This document shows, piece after piece, positions 9,925-19,360 of a stretch of DNA of 64,000 bases. The position numbers were made by a program, and so were the translations under genes. Position 1 is the stretch's first letter. Every line of letters begins with the position of its first letter. Under the pieces are notes generated by a model. The model saw only the letters and a program-made list of their open reading frames with translations, did no database searches and had not been told where the DNA came from. This stretch comes from Kofleriaceae bacterium (GTDB lineage Bacteria > Myxococcota_A > Polyangia > Haliangiales > Haliangiaceae): NCBI GenBank assembly GCA_965215005.1, contig CBDCCZ010000058.1, forward strand, positions 32,001 to 96,000, written 5' to 3'.

Positions 9925-12900
9925 AGCAATTGCCTCCAGCCTACGAAGATAAAGTCTTCGGTTTCACTCAAGAAGCCGTCGCCTTCGCTCGTGCCGCCAC
10001 CAGCTCCTGCGGCCGAGTCGCCACCAGCGCTGGCGGCGCGCGGCGTCCCGACGCGAACGGTTTCGCCGGAGAGGGTGGTGAAGTAGAGGGCCCCGGCGTC
10101 GCCGTACAGCGACGACACGGTGGCCGAGGCGATCGACGTCGAGAAGTCTTGCTCGAAGGTGTTCAAGTCGAGACCGAACACCTCGGAGCGACCAAACTCG
10201 CACGCTTGCGTGCCCACGGGCGGGTCGATAGAGCGCGTGACCAGCACCTGCTCTTTGGTCACCACAACGCCGCCGTAGAACTTCTCGCAGTTGCCGCTGC
10301 CGTCACACGTGCCCGCGACGGTGTCGCGAATCTCGCCGGTGTCTGCGTATACCGCGTAGAACGCATTGAGCTGGGAAGGGTCGTAGGATTCGATGCCGCC
10401 GGTGCCAAAGAAGATCGTCATGCGCCCGAGGTTGTCGGGGCGCGCGCCCATGGTGCCGACAATCGGCCGCTGCTGTCCCAACGCCCCAGAGGTGGCCTGG
10501 GTCGAGAACAGCGCCATGCTGGCGTTTCCGGCCGGATCCTCGGCGCCGGTATCGATGGTGCCGATGCCGGTGATCCATCCATCGGTCGTGCCGCTGATGG
10601 TGTACGCAACGTTGGGATTGATCTTGTAGACGTTGCCGCAGTTGTCGGCGAACACCACTCGGTCGATGAAGCCATCGATCGCAGGCGCGTCGGGCTCTTG
10701 CGCATCGTCGGTCTCAAATAAGATCAAGTCAGTCGTGACCGGGCATGCAGCGCGAAATCGCCACAGCGAGGTGCCAGTCGACATGTCCACGCCATACACG
10801 TCGCGGCCTTTGGAGTAGGGCGGCGTCAAGTCGTCGAAGGCAACGCCAGTGGCGAGGATGGCCACGTGCCGTTCGACCTCGTCGATCCGAACGCGTGCGA
10901 TGGATGGCTTGCTGTAACCTTGTCCTGCTTCAGCGCCACCCGGCACCACTTCCCATAGGGGAGTTGGACCATTGACCGTGCCATCGGCAGCGACGGCGTC
11001 AGTAATGTCGATGGCGGCGACGCTCTTGCCGCCGTTGCCACCCGAGATGAGCGCAACGGTGTGCCACTGGCCGTCGCTGAGCTTGAGGTCAGCGACGGTC
11101 GGCGAACCATCGGGGAAGGCGGTCGCGGTATCGTTGGCGGCGTCTTCCGCCATGCGAGCGGCGATGCGCGGTGGCACGTACGCCCACGCCTCTTTGCCAT
11201 TCTTGTTGTCAGCAATGTTGGTCGCGTCGTTCCAGATCGCGTGGATGAATCCATCCTTGGAGCCAAACAGCACGGTCGTAGGTCGATCCGCATGGGCGGC
11301 GAGAAATGCATCGAGGTCCTCGCGCGCTTTGCCGCGCACGTAGGAGTAGTAGACCGGCTGCACTGGTGGCACGACCACGGCCGGGGTCGAGCTCTCGACG
11401 GCGCCGAGCACGCTGGTTTCGCCGATGCCGAAGCGGGCGCTCCGTGCCCACTCGACGAGAGCTTGGGCTTGCTCGGCGCTGGCAACGCCGAGGGTACCGA
11501 TGAGATCTGGGTTGCTGGCGTTGCTGACGCGAAACTCGATGGCCTCGTTTCCAGAAGGCGTGGCGGTATAGAGCTTGCGGCTCGCATCCGAGGTGCTTGC
11601 TAGCTTCTCCGCGGTGTCCCAGTAGGTCTGCGACAACGCCGCGTCGAGGGCGTAGAAATGGCCGCGATCGCCAGGCTGACGAAAGGCGCCGAGATAGGCG
11701 ACACCGTCATGAACCACGACGCCGGAGCGGAAGTGCTGCTCCGCCGGCGTGTAATCGAAGGTGAGCGTCACCCCGGTGATGGTTGGCGTCTGAGTGCGTG
11801 TCGAGTTGGAGCACATATTCGCCTTCCAACGTACTTTTCGTCCAACGGGCTTGGGAAACGAGACGCAATAGTCGCTCGGATCGTCGGTGCACTCGCCGGC
11901 GACCTGCCAGTTGGCAGGATCTTCATTGGACATGTAATACGTCAGCGAGGTGCCTGCTGGTAGTTGCGCGTCCGGTGACAGCCGCGCCGCGGTCACTACC
12001 ATCTCTTCATTCTCGAGGGGGCCAAGGTCGAGGATTCCCGACTGGACATCGCCGCACTCGACGTAGGTATTGACCACGCGGTTTGCAAAGACGAAGAACG
12101 TTCCCGAGTCGTTGCCGTCGGCTATCAAGAAGTCGGCGGTGTTGTCGGGGTCGTTGTCGTAGTCGAGGACCACACCAAGGTCGAAGTCGTAGAGGTTGCC
12201 GGAGTTGTGGCTTTGGTGAAACGACAGCTGCTGCGTGAGCCCGGTATTAAACGGGTCGGTGGTGGCGTTGTTCTTGAAATAGAAGGTTTGCCCGCCCAAG
12301 TGCGAGCCACAGTTAAACTCGTCGGTGCCGTAGATGAGGTCGGTCTTGCCGTCGAGCGAGAAATCGGCAGCAAGCATCACGGTGGCAGCGCCGACGCCGC
12401 CACCCAGGGTCTTGTAGTTGTTATCGATGCCGCCGCCGGCCAATCCCGGATAGATCCGCACCGCGGAGGCGGAGTTGCAGCTCGAGGGCGAACCTATGAC
12501 CAGATCCTTGCTGCCATCGCCATTGAAATCGCGATAGTTTACAGCGTTGGCGCCCTTAGGGCCAAAATCGAGCCCGGAGACGATGCTGGTGGCTACGAAC
12601 CGGGGAGCGGTAGAGCACGGCTGCCCAGCCACGTAGATGTCCGGGCAGTCGTTGAGCAGCGCCAGCACAGCAGCGCTGGAGTTGCTCGAGCTCGTCTTGG
12701 TGCCCCAGATGATGTCGAGCCAGCCATCGCCGTTGTAGTCGGCGGTGACAGCGTTGGTTGAGGACCAGAGAAGATAGCCAAGACTGGCGGGATTCGTCGT
12801 GAGGTTGTATGGCGCCCGGAACGTGCCGTTGCCGTTACCGCGATACAGCCGGTACGTATTAAGGACTGTGTTGCCAGAATTGCTAGCGCGAAAGTGGGCG

Positions 12901-13424
12901 ACGTCGAGGTGTCCGTCGTTGTCGAAGTCGCCCGAGACCATGCTGGCGTGATCATTCGCAGCCGCGGAGGGCTCGATATCGGTGGTGCGGACGAAATAGG
13001 GCGTGCGCGCATCCGCGGGATCGAGCCAATTCGGCTCGGGATTCTCAAACGTGCGGTTCTTGTAGAAACGAACGAAGCGGTTACCCGACGAGCTCACCAC
13101 GATGTCTTGCCAGCCGTCTTCATCGAAGTCGCCCGCTGCGGCGACGTTGAACGTGTCCGACAGTGGCAAGAGAGTGGCTTTGAACTGGCCACCGGCCTTC
13201 TTGAGCCGCAGCTTACTAACGTTGTCGTCGTAGACCACACCGGCTTCGGAGGCGGTTGCGAACGCTTTGAGCGTGCCTCCTTGCTGATTCGACGGCCACG
13301 AGGTCCGCGGGCATCCTTCGGTGGGATCGATGGCGTCCGCTGATCCGTCGCCCGATAGCAGCAAGGCCGCGGTCGCCAAGGGGACGAACGCGGCTACTCG
13401 GAGATATTGTAGGCGTCTTCGCAT
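9921..13424 (-). CDS. pilY1: PilY1/PilC-type pilus tip adhesin with N-terminal FG-GAP/VCBS repeats
   Basis: Six D-F/Y-x-x-D-G-x-x-D-type repeats; C-terminal PilC propeller motifs GSKDGFIHAI, GKEAWAYVP, DGSPTVAD; located between pilX and pilV. Confidence 0.85.
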   Translation of the reverse strand: MRRRLQYLRVAAFVPLATAALLLSGDGSADAIDPTEGCPRTSWPSNQQGGTLKAFATASEAGVVYDDNVSKLRLKKAGGQFKATLLPLSDTFNVAAAGDFDEDGWQDIVVSSSGNRFVRFYKNRTFENPEPNWLDPADARTPYFVRTTDIEPSAAANDHASMVSGDFDNDGHLDVAHFRASNSGNTVLNTYRLYRGNGNGTFRAPYNLTTNPASLGYLLWSSTNAVTADYNGDGWLDIIWGTKTSSSNSSAAVLALLNDCPDIYVAGQPCSTAPRFVATSIVSGLDFGPKGANAVNYRDFNGDGSKDLVIGSPSSCNSASAVRIYPGLAGGGIDNNYKTLGGGVGAATVMLAADFSLDGKTDLIYGTDEFNCGSHLGGQTFYFKNNATTDPFNTGLTQQLSFHQSHNSGNLYDFDLGVVLDYDNDPDNTADFLIADGNDSGTFFVFANRVVNTYVECGDVQSGILDLGPLENEEMVVTAARLSPDAQLPAGTSLTYYMSNEDPANWQVAGECTDDPSDYCVSFPKPVGRKVRWKANMCSNSTRTQTPTITGVTLTFDYTPAEQHFRSGVVVHDGVAYLGAFRQPGDRGHFYALDAALSQTYWDTAEKLASTSDASRKLYTATPSGNEAIEFRVSNASNPDLIGTLGVASAEQAQALVEWARSARFGIGETSVLGAVESSTPAVVVPPVQPVYYSYVRGKAREDLDAFLAAHADRPTTVLFGSKDGFIHAIWNDATNIADNKNGKEAWAYVPPRIAARMAEDAANDTATAFPDGSPTVADLKLSDGQWHTVALISGGNGGKSVAAIDITDAVAADGTVNGPTPLWEVVPGGAEAGQGYSKPSIARVRIDEVERHVAILATGVAFDDLTPPYSKGRDVYGVDMSTGTSLWRFRAACPVTTDLILFETDDAQEPDAPAIDGFIDRVVFADNCGNVYKINPNVAYTISGTTDGWITGIGTIDTGAEDPAGNASMALFSTQATSGALGQQRPIVGTMGARPDNLGRMTIFFGTGGIESYDPSQLNAFYAVYADTGEIRDTVAGTCDGSGNCEKFYGGVVVTKEQVLVTRSIDPPVGTQACEFGRSEVFGLDLNTFEQDFSTSIASATVSSLYGDAGALYFTTLSGETVRVGTPRAASAGGDSAAGAGGGTSEGDGFLSETEDFIFVGWRQLL

Positions 13425-13434
13425 TGGACAGTCC

Positions 13435-14043
13435 TTACGCGCCAGGCCGGTATGTGGCTGTATCGGCACCTTCGATGCGATCTAAACAGTCATTGCGACC
13501 CGCACCGTCTTCTGCAATGCCGCGTTGGGCGTAGCCGGGGCAGGGGCGACGAGCTTGCACCAGGCCGTTGGCGGCAACCTCGAGCTCGAGCATCACCAAG
13601 GCACCGTCGGGTCCTAATCCACGAACCCGCAGGATTACCTGTCCATCCTCGTCGGTTCCGGTAGCGAAACCGGGGTCATTGGGGTTGTTGAGAACTTCGA
13701 CCTCGTAGCGAGCTCGCGACCCGGCGGAAAGCGGGTTGGTGGCATCCCCTGCGCTCGCTTCGTTGCCGATGATCGCCGACGGACGCTGCGGCGTCGCGTT
13801 GTTCTGCGAGACCCACTCGCTCCAGTTGTCTTCGGGATCGATGTTGATGCGCAGAAACTCAAGACCGGCAGCGAGTCCGCTCTCCGCGGCATAGAGCGCG
13901 ACCGCAGTGAAGCGGGCGTGGGCGCCCACCGACATGCGCCGCTGCACCGACAGAACCGCCATTCCCGCAACCGCCAGCAGACCGCTGAGGGCGATGAGGG
14001 CGATGAGCATGACGCTACCGCGCTCCTTGGAGGACCGAGGCAT
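13435..14043 (-). CDS. pilX: Type IV minor pilin, PilX-like
   Basis: ERG|SVMLIALIAL (no Glu5, as in PilX/GspK) and ALYAAESGL motif; start codon uncertain. Confidence 0.8.
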   Translation of the reverse strand: MPRSSKERGSVMLIALIALSGLLAVAGMAVLSVQRRMSVGAHARFTAVALYAAESGLAAGLEFLRINIDPEDNWSEWVSQNNATPQRPSAIIGNEASAGDATNPLSAGSRARYEVEVLNNPNDPGFATGTDEDGQVILRVRGLGPDGALVMLELEVAANGLVQARRPCPGYAQRGIAEDGAGRNDCLDRIEGADTATYRPGA

Positions 14044-14558
14044 TCGCGAGGCGCTGCCCGGTCGAAGGTCGAGTGCCGCGCCAGCCGATGCATTCTCTGC
14101 GGTCATGCCCTGTATTAACGTCACGTTTATGCGTATTCTTTAGCACTAAAAAGATATCTCAGTAAAAGAAAAGCGTAGAAAAACAGAGGGCTTATGTAGT
14201 CGCAGGCGCCGCGGTATCTAACCTGTAACCCGGTCCTCGGAGGCTCTGCGACACCACCCGAGCTGCAAGCCGAGACATGCCGCGAAAGCCAAGCCCAACG
14301 GTTTGTCGAGAGGGCGGCACAATTGTCCCGTTGCACCCAGATCGCGACACTACGGCGTCTTGGGCCCCTCCGCCGCCGCCTGTTAATGAAGAGTGCTCCG
14401 GTGGCGAATGCGGCTGGGGCGCATCGCCCAGCCGCTCACTTAAGCGCTCTTCGCCGACATTTCCCGGGGCTTAAATCCCAATGTCGTGACGCAGGCCGTC
14501 TGCCCTCACCACGAGTCCCGACACGTGACCACAGCGAGACCGGGCGCGGCGGGAGCTA

Positions 14559-14574
14559 TGGCACCGCACTTGAA
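14559..14574 (+). promoter_or_regulatory. Candidate sigma-54 promoter (TGGCAC-N5-TTGAA)
   Basis: Perfect -24 element and correct spacing, but -12 is TTGA rather than TTGC; lies upstream of a response regulator. Confidence 0.4.
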
Positions 14575-14618
14575 ACAGCTGCGAGATATTGCCACTCGCA
14601 GTGGACACAAGGAGGCTC

Positions 14619-15008
14619 GTGGTGCTCACCCAAAGCTCGCCGACTATCGCACTCATCGATGACGACGAACCCCTTCGCGATCTGATGGCGTCGCTGCTCG
14701 AGCGACACGGCTATCAGGTTCAGACGTATGCCAACGGCAACGGCTTTCTTGCAGCCGACGATCATGATCAGGTGACGCTTATCCTGAGCGATGTCGATAT
14801 GCCCGACGGCGACGGTTTCGACGTGGTGTCCTACGCCGCACTGAATAACATCCCGGTGATCCTCGTGACTGGACTTCCCGACGGGGCGATGCTCGAAGCA
14901 GTTCGCTCTGCAGGCGCAACCGCCGTGCTGCGTAAACCAGTTGCCCCATCGGCGCTGTGGCGTGTCCTGCGGCAGAGTTTGCCCGAAGCGAGCCATGCGG
15001 CGAGCTAG
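14619..15008 (+). CDS. Single-domain response regulator (receiver)
   Basis: IALIDDD...LSDVDMPDGDG...LVTG...LRKP; AAGGAGG RBS. Confidence 0.9.
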   Translation: MVLTQSSPTIALIDDDEPLRDLMASLLERHGYQVQTYANGNGFLAADDHDQVTLILSDVDMPDGDGFDVVSYAALNNIPVILVTGLPDGAMLEAVRSAGATAVLRKPVAPSALWRVLRQSLPEASHAAS

Positions 15009-15143
15009 CGCATCAATCGCAAGCAAAACGCGATCTAACGCCACGGGCGGCGGTGGGGTCATCATCTACGGCTTCACACGCAAGCACTGCTTGCGCCGCA
15101 ACCCATCGCGCGCTAGCGCGACCGAGCGTGCTACGTTTCGCCG

Positions 15144-15602
15144 GTGAACCTGGTCGACGAGCTGCACGCTATTGGTGCAGCATTTCACCGCGCCGATATT
15201 GCTTACGCTATTTGCGGCGGAATCGCGGTCACGATGCACGGAGCCGTTCGCTCCACAAAAGATATCGATCTTCTGATTGCGGCAGGTGATTGCCAGAAGG
15301 CAATGACGGCCATGGAGCCGCTGGGCTACACGTTTCCAGCGCTGCCGATGGCCTTTGAAGAAGACACTCCTCGAGAGCGACGTGTACAGCGAATCAGTAA
15401 GGTGGAGGGGAAGTTTCACCTGGCACTGGATCTGGTCTTCGCCGAGGCATCTCTGGAAGGGTTTCTAGACGATCGCGTGGAGGTGAGGTTGCCGCAAGGG
15501 TCATTGTGGGTGGTGAGTCGCGACGCGTTAGTGAAGATGAAACAGCTTGCAGGGCGGATGCAGGACCTTGCCGACATCGCAGCGCTCGAGAAGGAATCAT
15601 GA
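15144..15602 (+). CDS. Nucleotidyltransferase-fold protein (Pol beta superfamily; AbiEii/DUF6036-like)
   Basis: YAICGGIAVTMHGAVRSTKDIDLLI ... LVKMKQLAGRMQDLADI. Confidence 0.85.
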   Translation: MNLVDELHAIGAAFHRADIAYAICGGIAVTMHGAVRSTKDIDLLIAAGDCQKAMTAMEPLGYTFPALPMAFEEDTPRERRVQRISKVEGKFHLALDLVFAEASLEGFLDDRVEVRLPQGSLWVVSRDALVKMKQLAGRMQDLADIAALEKES

Positions 15603-15895
15603 GCGTTGCGGATCAATCTCGTGACCCGAGCCAGCTTCTAGGCAGCGGTCTATCTGCAGACGTGGCTGGGCGATTGGAGCGGCTGCGTTCCCTCTACGTT
15701 CCCGAGAACCTCGATGCAGCGCGCGCTCGCTTAGAGCGGGATGCTGCGGCGGCGTCGCAGACCTTTGAGGAGAAGGTTGCCGCTCGTCTCCACGAGCTCC
15801 GCGCGCTGTACGACCTCGCCACCTATCTCCACCGAGCGCGCCCAGGCACGAAACCCAGAAGCGAAGACGCAGCCGATAGTGAAGGCGCAGGTTGA
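15599..15895 (+). CDS. Small helical hypothetical protein translationally coupled to the nucleotidyltransferase
   Basis: ATGA overlap at 15599-15602; 98 aa MSVADQSRD...VAARLHELRALYDL. Confidence 0.7.
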   Translation: MSVADQSRDPSQLLGSGLSADVAGRLERLRSLYVPENLDAARARLERDAAAASQTFEEKVAARLHELRALYDLATYLHRARPGTKPRSEDAADSEGAG

Positions 15896-16130
15896 GGCTG
15901 TCTGGACCGAAGTTTACATAATATCAATTATGCGACGTTGTTGCTGAAGCCAGGGGCGGTCCGACCGCGACACGCTACGCCGGCGGCGTACTCTAGCTGC
16001 GCGTGGTGTTCCGGTAAGCGCCCACATTCGCGCTCAACGTGTGCAGCTAACCTCTTGAAAAGCCGGAACAAAATCGAACCTCGTGGTTCGCGAGTGGCGG
16101 CTCGAACGCTACAATCGCTGGGTTCGACCC

Positions 16131-17630
16131 ATGGCAGCTCCTTCGCAACAGGCGCGCAGTGACCTCGCGGTGGTGTCGGAGCCGGAGCGCATTCGCGTTC
16201 TGGCCATCGACGATCAGGCGGAGGTATTCCACGCGCTGCGCCGCCTCCTCAAGAGCCGCGGGTTCGACGTCGAAGGCTGCACCGCGTCGACCGAGGCGCT
16301 GGCGCGGCTCGAGGCCGAGCCCAGCGCCTGGGACCTCGTGCTGTTAGACGTAAACATGCCCGGAATGAGCGGGCTCGAGGTCTTGCCGCGACTCAAGGAG
16401 ATCGTCCCCGACGTCCCGGTGATCATGCTTACCGCCGACGATCGCGCCACCACCGCGGTTGAGGCGCTCAAGGCCGGCGCTTTCAACTACCTTACCAAGC
16501 CGCTGGCCGACGCCGACGCGGTCGCGTTGACGCTATCGAGGGCGGGCAGCGTTGGTCAGCTGCAGCGGCGTGCGCGGGTCCTCGAAAGCCAGGTTTCGTT
16601 TGCCGGTAAGTTCGAGCGGCTGATCGGCGCCAGCGCCTCGATGCGAGCGCTCTACACCACCATTGAGAAGCTTGCGCGCACCGACGTCAACGTGCTGATT
16701 CGCGGCGAGTCCGGAACCGGCAAAGAGCTCGTGGCCCGAGCGATTCATTCCCGCTCCGGCCGTCAGCGCGGACCGTTCGTCGCGCTCAACTGCGGCGCGA
16801 TTCCCGAGGCCCTCATCGACAGTGAGCTGTTCGGCCATGCCAAGGGCGCGTTCACCGGCGCGATCGGCGCCCGGCTCGGCGTGTTCGGCGAAGCCGACGA
16901 CGGCACCTTGTTCCTCGACGAAATCGGCGACGTACCGCTGCCGGTGCAGTCGCGGATGTTGCGGGCCCTGCAAGAGCGCGAGGTTCGCGCGGTGGGCGCC
17001 AATGGCTCACGAAAAGTCGACGTGCGCGTGCTCGCCGCCACCCACGTCGATCTCGACGCCGCGGTCGAAAGTAAGCAGTTCCGCGCCGACTTGTACTATC
17101 GCCTCAACGTCGTGTCCGTCTACGTGCCACCGCTTCGCGAGCGCATGGAGGACATTCCGGTGTTGGCCGCGCACTTCGTAGAAAAGCACTCCGAGCAGCT
17201 CGGCCGGCCGATTCCTCGTCTCACCGCCGATGCGATTCGCACGCTGAGCGATTACGACTGGCCCGGCAACGTGCGCGAGCTCGAGAACGCCATCCAGCAC
17301 GCGCTCGCTCTGGTACCCGGCGACGTTGTGAGCGCCGAGGCGCTACCACATCGGATCGAGGCGCACGGACTCGAGACGGCGACCAGCGTAGCGCCGCCCA
17401 TCACGAAAGCGAGCGGCAGCAGCGGCGTCGATTGGGCAGATGAGTTGGCTTTCAATGATGCGCGCAAGCGGGCGCAGCGCGAGTTCGAGCACGCCTATCT
17501 CAGCCGGCTGCTCGAGCGCACCAGCGGCAACGTTTCCGAAGCGGCGCGCGTCGCTGGTCTCGACCGGTCGAACCTGCGCCGGGTGCTCTCTCGGCACGAC
17601 ATCGACCCCGAGCGCTACCGCGACTCGTAG
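16131..17630 (+). CDS. Sigma-54-dependent response regulator (NtrC family: REC-AAA+-Fis HTH)
   Basis: GESGTGKE, GAFTGA, LFLDEIG, WPGNVREL, GNVSEAAR. Confidence 0.95.
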   Translation: MAAPSQQARSDLAVVSEPERIRVLAIDDQAEVFHALRRLLKSRGFDVEGCTASTEALARLEAEPSAWDLVLLDVNMPGMSGLEVLPRLKEIVPDVPVIMLTADDRATTAVEALKAGAFNYLTKPLADADAVALTLSRAGSVGQLQRRARVLESQVSFAGKFERLIGASASMRALYTTIEKLARTDVNVLIRGESGTGKELVARAIHSRSGRQRGPFVALNCGAIPEALIDSELFGHAKGAFTGAIGARLGVFGEADDGTLFLDEIGDVPLPVQSRMLRALQEREVRAVGANGSRKVDVRVLAATHVDLDAAVESKQFRADLYYRLNVVSVYVPPLRERMEDIPVLAAHFVEKHSEQLGRPIPRLTADAIRTLSDYDWPGNVRELENAIQHALALVPGDVVSAEALPHRIEAHGLETATSVAPPITKASGSSGVDWADELAFNDARKRAQREFEHAYLSRLLERTSGNVSEAARVAGLDRSNLRRVLSRHDIDPERYRDS

Positions 17631-17802
17631 CCGAGGCTCGCGCAGCGCCGCCCTCGCGACGCCAGGATTCCCCGCCACCACGCTGGCGGCAGCGCTCCAC
17701 GGCCGCCGTTCTCGCATCTGCGCGGGTTGCTCCTCAAGTTGGCCACGGGGGCGGCCGATTCCACCCATGAACCGCGGTGCACCAGGTTCAAGGGGAGACC
17801 GT

Positions 17803-18207
17803 ATGTCCGCTCAGTACACCATCTTGCTCGTCGACGACGAACCAGATATTCGTGGCGCGCTTCGTCGCTCGCTCAAAGACGCCAACTACGAGTTCATCGA
17901 GGCCAGCGATGGTGCCGAAGCTCTCGCCCTTCTCCGCGACCACGACGTCGACGCGGTGATCAGCGACTACAACATGCCCGGAATGAACGGGCTCGACCTC
18001 CTGCAGCAGATTCGCATCAGCCAACCAGAGGTGCTGCGCCTGCTGCTCACCGCCCGCGCCGACGTCAACCTCGCGGTTCGCGCCCTCAATGAGGGGTCAG
18101 TTCATCGCTTCCTGCTCAAGCCGTGGGATCACATTGACCTGCGCGGCATCATCGAAATGACGTTGCACACCATGCGCACGCCGCAGGCGGCCGCAGCACG
18201 AAAATGA
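17803..18207 (+). CDS. Single-domain response regulator
   Basis: ILLVDDE...ISDYNMPGMNG...LLKPW; AGGGGAG RBS. Confidence 0.9.
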   Translation: MSAQYTILLVDDEPDIRGALRRSLKDANYEFIEASDGAEALALLRDHDVDAVISDYNMPGMNGLDLLQQIRISQPEVLRLLLTARADVNLAVRALNEGSVHRFLLKPWDHIDLRGIIEMTLHTMRTPQAAAARK

Positions 18208-19346
18208 AAGCCCTCGCCAGCCACGAGCCTGTCATCGCGGCGCTACCAGATACGGCAGCGGCTCGCGTTTTGGTCGCCGACGACGACGAGTCGATGCGAC
18301 GCCTGGTGTCGCGGGCGCTTCGCCGTCATGGTTTCGAGGTCATCGAGGCCTCCGACGGGGTCGCCGCGGTCGAAGCCGCGAGCATAGCCACGCCGCAGGT
18401 AGCGGTGGTCGATCTGCAAATGCCGCGGATGGGCGGCTTCGAGGTGGTGCGAGCGCTCAAGGCACGCCACCGTGCCGAGCTCCCGGTGCTGGTGCTAAGC
18501 GGCCTGGATGATCCCGATGATCGAGTCCGCGCGTTCGAGGCCGGTGCCGATGACTTCGTTCCCAAGCCGGTCTACATGCCCGAGCTGCTCAAGCGCGTTG
18601 ACGCGTTCGAGCGCACCCGTCGCGCCTATCTCGAGCTGCAGCGCGCCAATGAGCGCGCAGATCGGCTCCGCCTGTTCGGCGCCGAGGCGGCCGCGCTGCT
18701 CGCCCACGACCTCAACAACGGCTTGAGCATTGCCAACGCAAACCTCCTATATCTTTCAGGAGAGTTGCTGCTCGAGGGGGAGCCTGCCGAGGCGCTTGCG
18801 GCGACGGTTCGCGCGCTGCGCCGAATGAGCAAGCTCGTTTCTAACTTCGTCGATATCAGTCGGCTGGAAGACGCAGCCATTGAACCCGAGCGCGTCACGG
18901 TCGAGGTCGCCGAGCTGCTCACGAGCTCGGCGCTCATCCATGATCCGCGTCGGGAACCCGGCGACCGCCCAATCGCCGTCGACTGCGCTGCGGGTCTCAC
19001 TGCTGAGATCGATCCGGTGTTGGTCGAGCGCGTCATTCACAACCTGCTCAACAACGCCACCCGCTACGTCGATCGCGGCGGGCTGATCGCCCTCATCGCC
19101 CATCGTTGGGAGGATCCCTTCGGCGCGCAGTGGCTGCACATCGGGGTCGGCAACACCGGTCAACCCGTTCCTGCCGACCTCAAGCTCACGCTCTTTGATA
19201 AGTACCGCACGGGTCGCGACGGCAAAGCCCAGCGCGGCATGGGGCTGTATTTTTGCCGATTGGCCTGTGAAGCCCACGGCGGCGCGATCGTCCTGCGCTC
19301 TCATGAGCGCTTCGCCACCTACTTCGCCGTCGAATTGCCCGCGTAG
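18204..19346 (+). CDS. Cytoplasmic hybrid receiver-histidine kinase
   Basis: N-terminal REC; H-box AHDLNN; N-box NLLNNA; GMGLYFC; no TM segments. Confidence 0.9.
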   Translation: MKALASHEPVIAALPDTAAARVLVADDDESMRRLVSRALRRHGFEVIEASDGVAAVEAASIATPQVAVVDLQMPRMGGFEVVRALKARHRAELPVLVLSGLDDPDDRVRAFEAGADDFVPKPVYMPELLKRVDAFERTRRAYLELQRANERADRLRLFGAEAAALLAHDLNNGLSIANANLLYLSGELLLEGEPAEALAATVRALRRMSKLVSNFVDISRLEDAAIEPERVTVEVAELLTSSALIHDPRREPGDRPIAVDCAAGLTAEIDPVLVERVIHNLLNNATRYVDRGGLIALIAHRWEDPFGAQWLHIGVGNTGQPVPADLKLTLFDKYRTGRDGKAQRGMGLYFCRLACEAHGGAIVLRSHERFATYFAVELPA

Positions 19347-19360
19347 CGCGACGCGTCGCC

